A stretch of 55,048 nt of DNA from a virus (lineage: Duplodnaviria > Heunggongvirae > Uroviricota > Caudoviricetes). Position 1 is the stretch's first letter. Every line of letters starts with the position of its first letter. The position numbers and the translations under genes were made by a program. Under the pieces are notes generated by a model. The model was not told the origin of the DNA, did not search any database, and saw nothing but the letters and a program-made list of their open reading frames with translations. This document shows positions 52,554-55,048 of this stretch, piece after piece. The stretch covers positions 1 through 55,048 of the IMG/VR virus record IMGVR_UViG_2541047910_000003. One strand, written 5' to 3'.

Positions 52554-53590
52554 AAGCAGAAGCGTGGAGAGTAAAAAATCTCGGGGAATCACCGAAAAAG
52601 CTATTCAAGGAAGCCTGCATACGGTGGCTTCGTGAGAAATCGGATAAGAAGTCCATTGATGATGACAAGAGCATTATATCGTTCTGGATGTTGCACTTCA
52701 GAGAAACCATTCTCTCAGACATAACAACAGAAAAAATAATGGAGGCGGTAGACGGGATGGAAAACCGCCGCCATCGCCTGAACTGGGAAATGAGCCGGGA
52801 CAGGTGTTTGCGGCTTGGCAAGCCAGTGCCGGAGTATAAACCAAAGCTGGCAAGCAAAGGAACGAAGACGCGGCATCTGGCAATACTTCGCGCTATTCTC
52901 AATATGGCTGTTGAATGGGGATGGCTTGACAGGGCGCCCAAAATATCAACACCACGCGTTAAGAATGGACGCATTAGATGGCTTACAGAAGAGGAATCGA
53001 AGCGCCTGTTTGCAGAAATAGCTCCTCATTTCTTCCCTGTGGTCATGTTCGCAATAACTACAGGCCTTCGCCGTTCCAACGTTACAGACCTTGAGTGGTC
53101 ACAGGTCGATCTGGATAAGAAAATGGCATGGATGCACCCTGATGAAACAAAAGCTGGCAATGCGATCGGAGTTCCTCTTAACGAAACCGCATGCCAGATA
53201 TTAAGAAAACAGCAGGGGCTCCATAAGAGATGGGTATTTGTCCACACCAAACCTGCCTACCGAAGCGACGGAACAAAAACAGCTGCGGTAAGGAAGATGA
53301 GAACCGATAGCAACAAAGCATGGAAGGGAGCGTTAAAGCGGGCAGGCATTAGCAACTTCCGATTCCATGACCTGAGACACACCTGGGCAAGCTGGCTGGT
53401 TCAGTCCGGAGTCTCTCTTCTTGCACTTAAAGAGATGGGGGGATGGGAAACTCTCGAAATGGTTCAAAGATACGCTCACCTTTCAGCCGGGCATCTCACC
53501 GAGCACGCGAGCAAAATCGATGCGATTATAAGTCGCAATGGCACAAATACGGCACAAGAGGAGAACGTGGTTTACTTAAATGTTAGGTAA
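52430..53590 (+). CDS. int: P22-type tyrosine integrase
   Basis: 386 aa. ...FRFHDLRHTWASWLVQSGVSLLALKEMGGWETLEMVQRYAHL contains the R-H-R-Y catalytic residues. Ends 15 bp from thrW. Confidence 0.95.
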   Translation: MSIKLRGGTWHCDFVAPDGSRVRRSLETSDKRQAQELHDRLKAEAWRVKNLGESPKKLFKEACIRWLREKSDKKSIDDDKSIISFWMLHFRETILSDITTEKIMEAVDGMENRRHRLNWEMSRDRCLRLGKPVPEYKPKLASKGTKTRHLAILRAILNMAVEWGWLDRAPKISTPRVKNGRIRWLTEEESKRLFAEIAPHFFPVVMFAITTGLRRSNVTDLEWSQVDLDKKMAWMHPDETKAGNAIGVPLNETACQILRKQQGLHKRWVFVHTKPAYRSDGTKTAAVRKMRTDSNKAWKGALKRAGISNFRFHDLRHTWASWLVQSGVSLLALKEMGGWETLEMVQRYAHLSAGHLTEHASKIDAIISRNGTNTAQEENVVYLNVR

Positions 53591-53602
53591 CTTATTGATT
53601 TA

Positions 53603-53650
53603 AATGGTGCCGATAATAGGAGTCGAACCTACGACCTTCGCATTACGAAT
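53603..53650. repeat. 48-bp att core within and next to thrW
   Basis: Identical to 13991-14038. Confidence 0.95.
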
Positions 53651-53680
53651 GCGCTGCTCTACCAACTGAGCTATATCGGC
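53605..53680 (-). tRNA. thrW: tRNA-Thr (CGU), thrW
   Basis: The reverse complement reads GCCGATATAGCTCAGTTGGTAGAGCAGCGCATTCGTAATGCGAAGGTCGTAGGTTCGACTCCTATTATCGGCACCA. Adjacent to proA, as in E. coli. Confidence 0.95.
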
Positions 53681-53794
53681 CCTGAAAGGACATGTTCACG
53701 AACGTGAATCACGGTGGACAAGGTTAAAACTAACCGGGCGATGCGTCAATGGCCTTGTGAATCAAATGGCTACTTTTGCATCACCCGGTTTTAT

Positions 53795-55048
53795 TTACGC
53801 ACGAATGGTGTAATCACCAATGCCGATCCACTTATAAGTGGTCAGAGCTTCCAGCCCCATTGGGCCGCGCGCGTGGAGTTTTTGTGTGCTTACCGCAACT
53901 TCCGCCCCCAGTCCAAACTGGCCGCCGTCGGTAAAACGCGTAGAGGCGTTAACGTAAACAGCGGAGGAATCCACTTCGTTAACAAAACGCTGGGCGTTGC
54001 GCATATCGCGGGTCAGGATCGCATCGGAGTGTTGCGTGCCGTGTTCACGAATATGGGCAATGGCGTCATCCAGATCGCTAACGATTTTGACGTTCAAATC
54101 TAATGACAGAAACTCATCGTCATACTCTTCGGCTTTAACAGCCACCACCTTCGCGGGGCCTGCCTGCAACTGCGCCAGCGCGGCTGCATCAGCGTGTAAC
54201 GTCACGCCGCTTTCCGCCATTTGTTTGCTTAATGCGGGCAGGAAGCTATCAGCGATGTTTTTATTCACCAGCAACGTTTCTACCGTATTACATGTGCTCG
54301 GACGCTGAGTTTTCGCGTTGACAATTACTTTCAGGGCTTCAGCGATCTCTGCACTTTCATCAACGTAAATATGGCATACGCCTATACCGCCTGTGATCAC
54401 CGGGATTGTCGACTGCTCGCGGCACAGTTTATGCAAACCAGCCCCACCGCGCGGGATCAGCATGTCGATGTATTTATCCATACGCAGCATTTCACTGACC
54501 AGCGCACGGTCAGGATTATCAATTGCCTGCACGGCACCCGCCGGTAAGCCGCAGGATTTCAGGGCGTCCTGAATCACCGCTACCGTTGCAGCGTTAGTGC
54601 GACAGGTTTCTTTGCCGCCGCGCAGGATCACCGCGTTACCGGTTTTCAGGCACAGGGAAGCAACATCAACCGTCACGTTCGGGCGCGCTTCATAAATCAC
54701 GCCAATCACCCCCAGCGGTACGCGACGACGCTCAAGACGCAGGCCGCTGTCCAGTACGCCGCCATCGATTACCTGCCCCACCGGATCGGCGAGATTGCAC
54801 ACCTGGCGCACATCGTCGGCAATGCCTTTCAGCCGTGCGGGCGTCAGTGCCAGACGGTCAAGCATCGCTTCGCTAAGGCCATTGGCACACGCGTCTGCAA
54901 CATCCTGCGCGTTAGCGTTGAGGATACTTTCGCTTTGTGCTTCCAGTTCATCGGCGATTTTTTCCAGCACACGATTTTTTTCGCGGCTGGAGAGTTGCGC
55001 TAATTTATACGAGGCTTGCTTCGCGGCAATGCCCATTTGTTCCAGCAT
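53795..55048 (-). CDS. proA: gamma-glutamyl phosphate reductase
   Basis: 417 aa. [38 protein letters not shown]... matches E. coli ProA as I recall it. Full length, starting at the window edge. Confidence 0.95.
   Translation of the reverse strand: MLEQMGIAAKQASYKLAQLSSREKNRVLEKIADELEAQSESILNANAQDVADACANGLSEAMLDRLALTPARLKGIADDVRQVCNLADPVGQVIDGGVLDSGLRLERRRVPLGVIGVIYEARPNVTVDVASLCLKTGNAVILRGGKETCRTNAATVAVIQDALKSCGLPAGAVQAIDNPDRALVSEMLRMDKYIDMLIPRGGAGLHKLCREQSTIPVITGGIGVCHIYVDESAEIAEALKVIVNAKTQRPSTCNTVETLLVNKNIADSFLPALSKQMAESGVTLHADAAALAQLQAGPAKVVAVKAEEYDDEFLSLDLNVKIVSDLDDAIAHIREHGTQHSDAILTRDMRNAQRFVNEVDSSAVYVNASTRFTDGGQFGLGAEVAVSTQKLHARGPMGLEALTTYKWIGIGDYTIRA

Larger units (their letters stand above)
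14039..53602. mobile_element. P22-like (Sf6/HK620-type morphogenesis) temperate prophage integrated in thrW
   Basis: Bounded by the 48-bp repeats. Gene order runs int-xis-ea genes-recT-cIII-N-c2-cro-cII-replication-nin-Q-lysis-terminase-portal-scaffold-coat-tail genes-ejection proteins-immI-tailspike. Confidence 0.95.

Noticed and set aside
53714-54308. Plus-strand ORFs of 129 and 103 aa
   Set aside because: They lie antisense within the well-supported proA gene.

Overview
E. coli/Shigella-type backbone (proA plus tRNA-Thr thrW at the right edge, both on the minus strand) carrying three mobile elements stacked in tandem in the 3' end of thrW. Nested direct copies of the tRNA 3' end mark the junctions: a 48-bp copy at 13991-14038 matching 53603-50, and a 21-bp copy at 1451-1471. 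(1) 14039-53602 is an apparently intact P22-like prophage and a strong mosaic. Morphogenesis genes look Sf6/HK620-type. immC (c2/cro) and immI (mnt/arc/ant) look P22-type. N and the nut sites look phage-21-type. Q, pR' and tR' look lambda-type. Lysis uses a SAR endolysin with a dual-start holin. It also carries two tRNAs, two HNH homing endonucleases and several morons. (2) 1472-13990 is an AT-rich 12.5-kb integrative element with its own tyrosine integrase and a serine resolvase. It has a 2.1-kb ORF-free region built like an iteron replication origin, and only a partial virion module (gpE-like capsid, decoration-like, tape-measure-like and Dit-like proteins). I saw no terminase, portal, protease or tail tube, so it is a candidate unclassified satellite or phage-plasmid-like element. 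(3) Left of 1451 is a decayed island with a truncated P4-type integrase and a MarR regulator. The best candidate for an undescribed system is the AT-rich operon downstream of mnt, in the position of P22 sieA (18260-20068). It encodes a 239-aa protein of unknown fold translationally coupled to an atypically long PIN nuclease, followed by a 140-aa ORF. Its placement predicts expression in the lysogen and a phage-exclusion or abortive-infection role. All homology statements rest on reading the translations and on my recollection of reference phage proteins. No database search was run.
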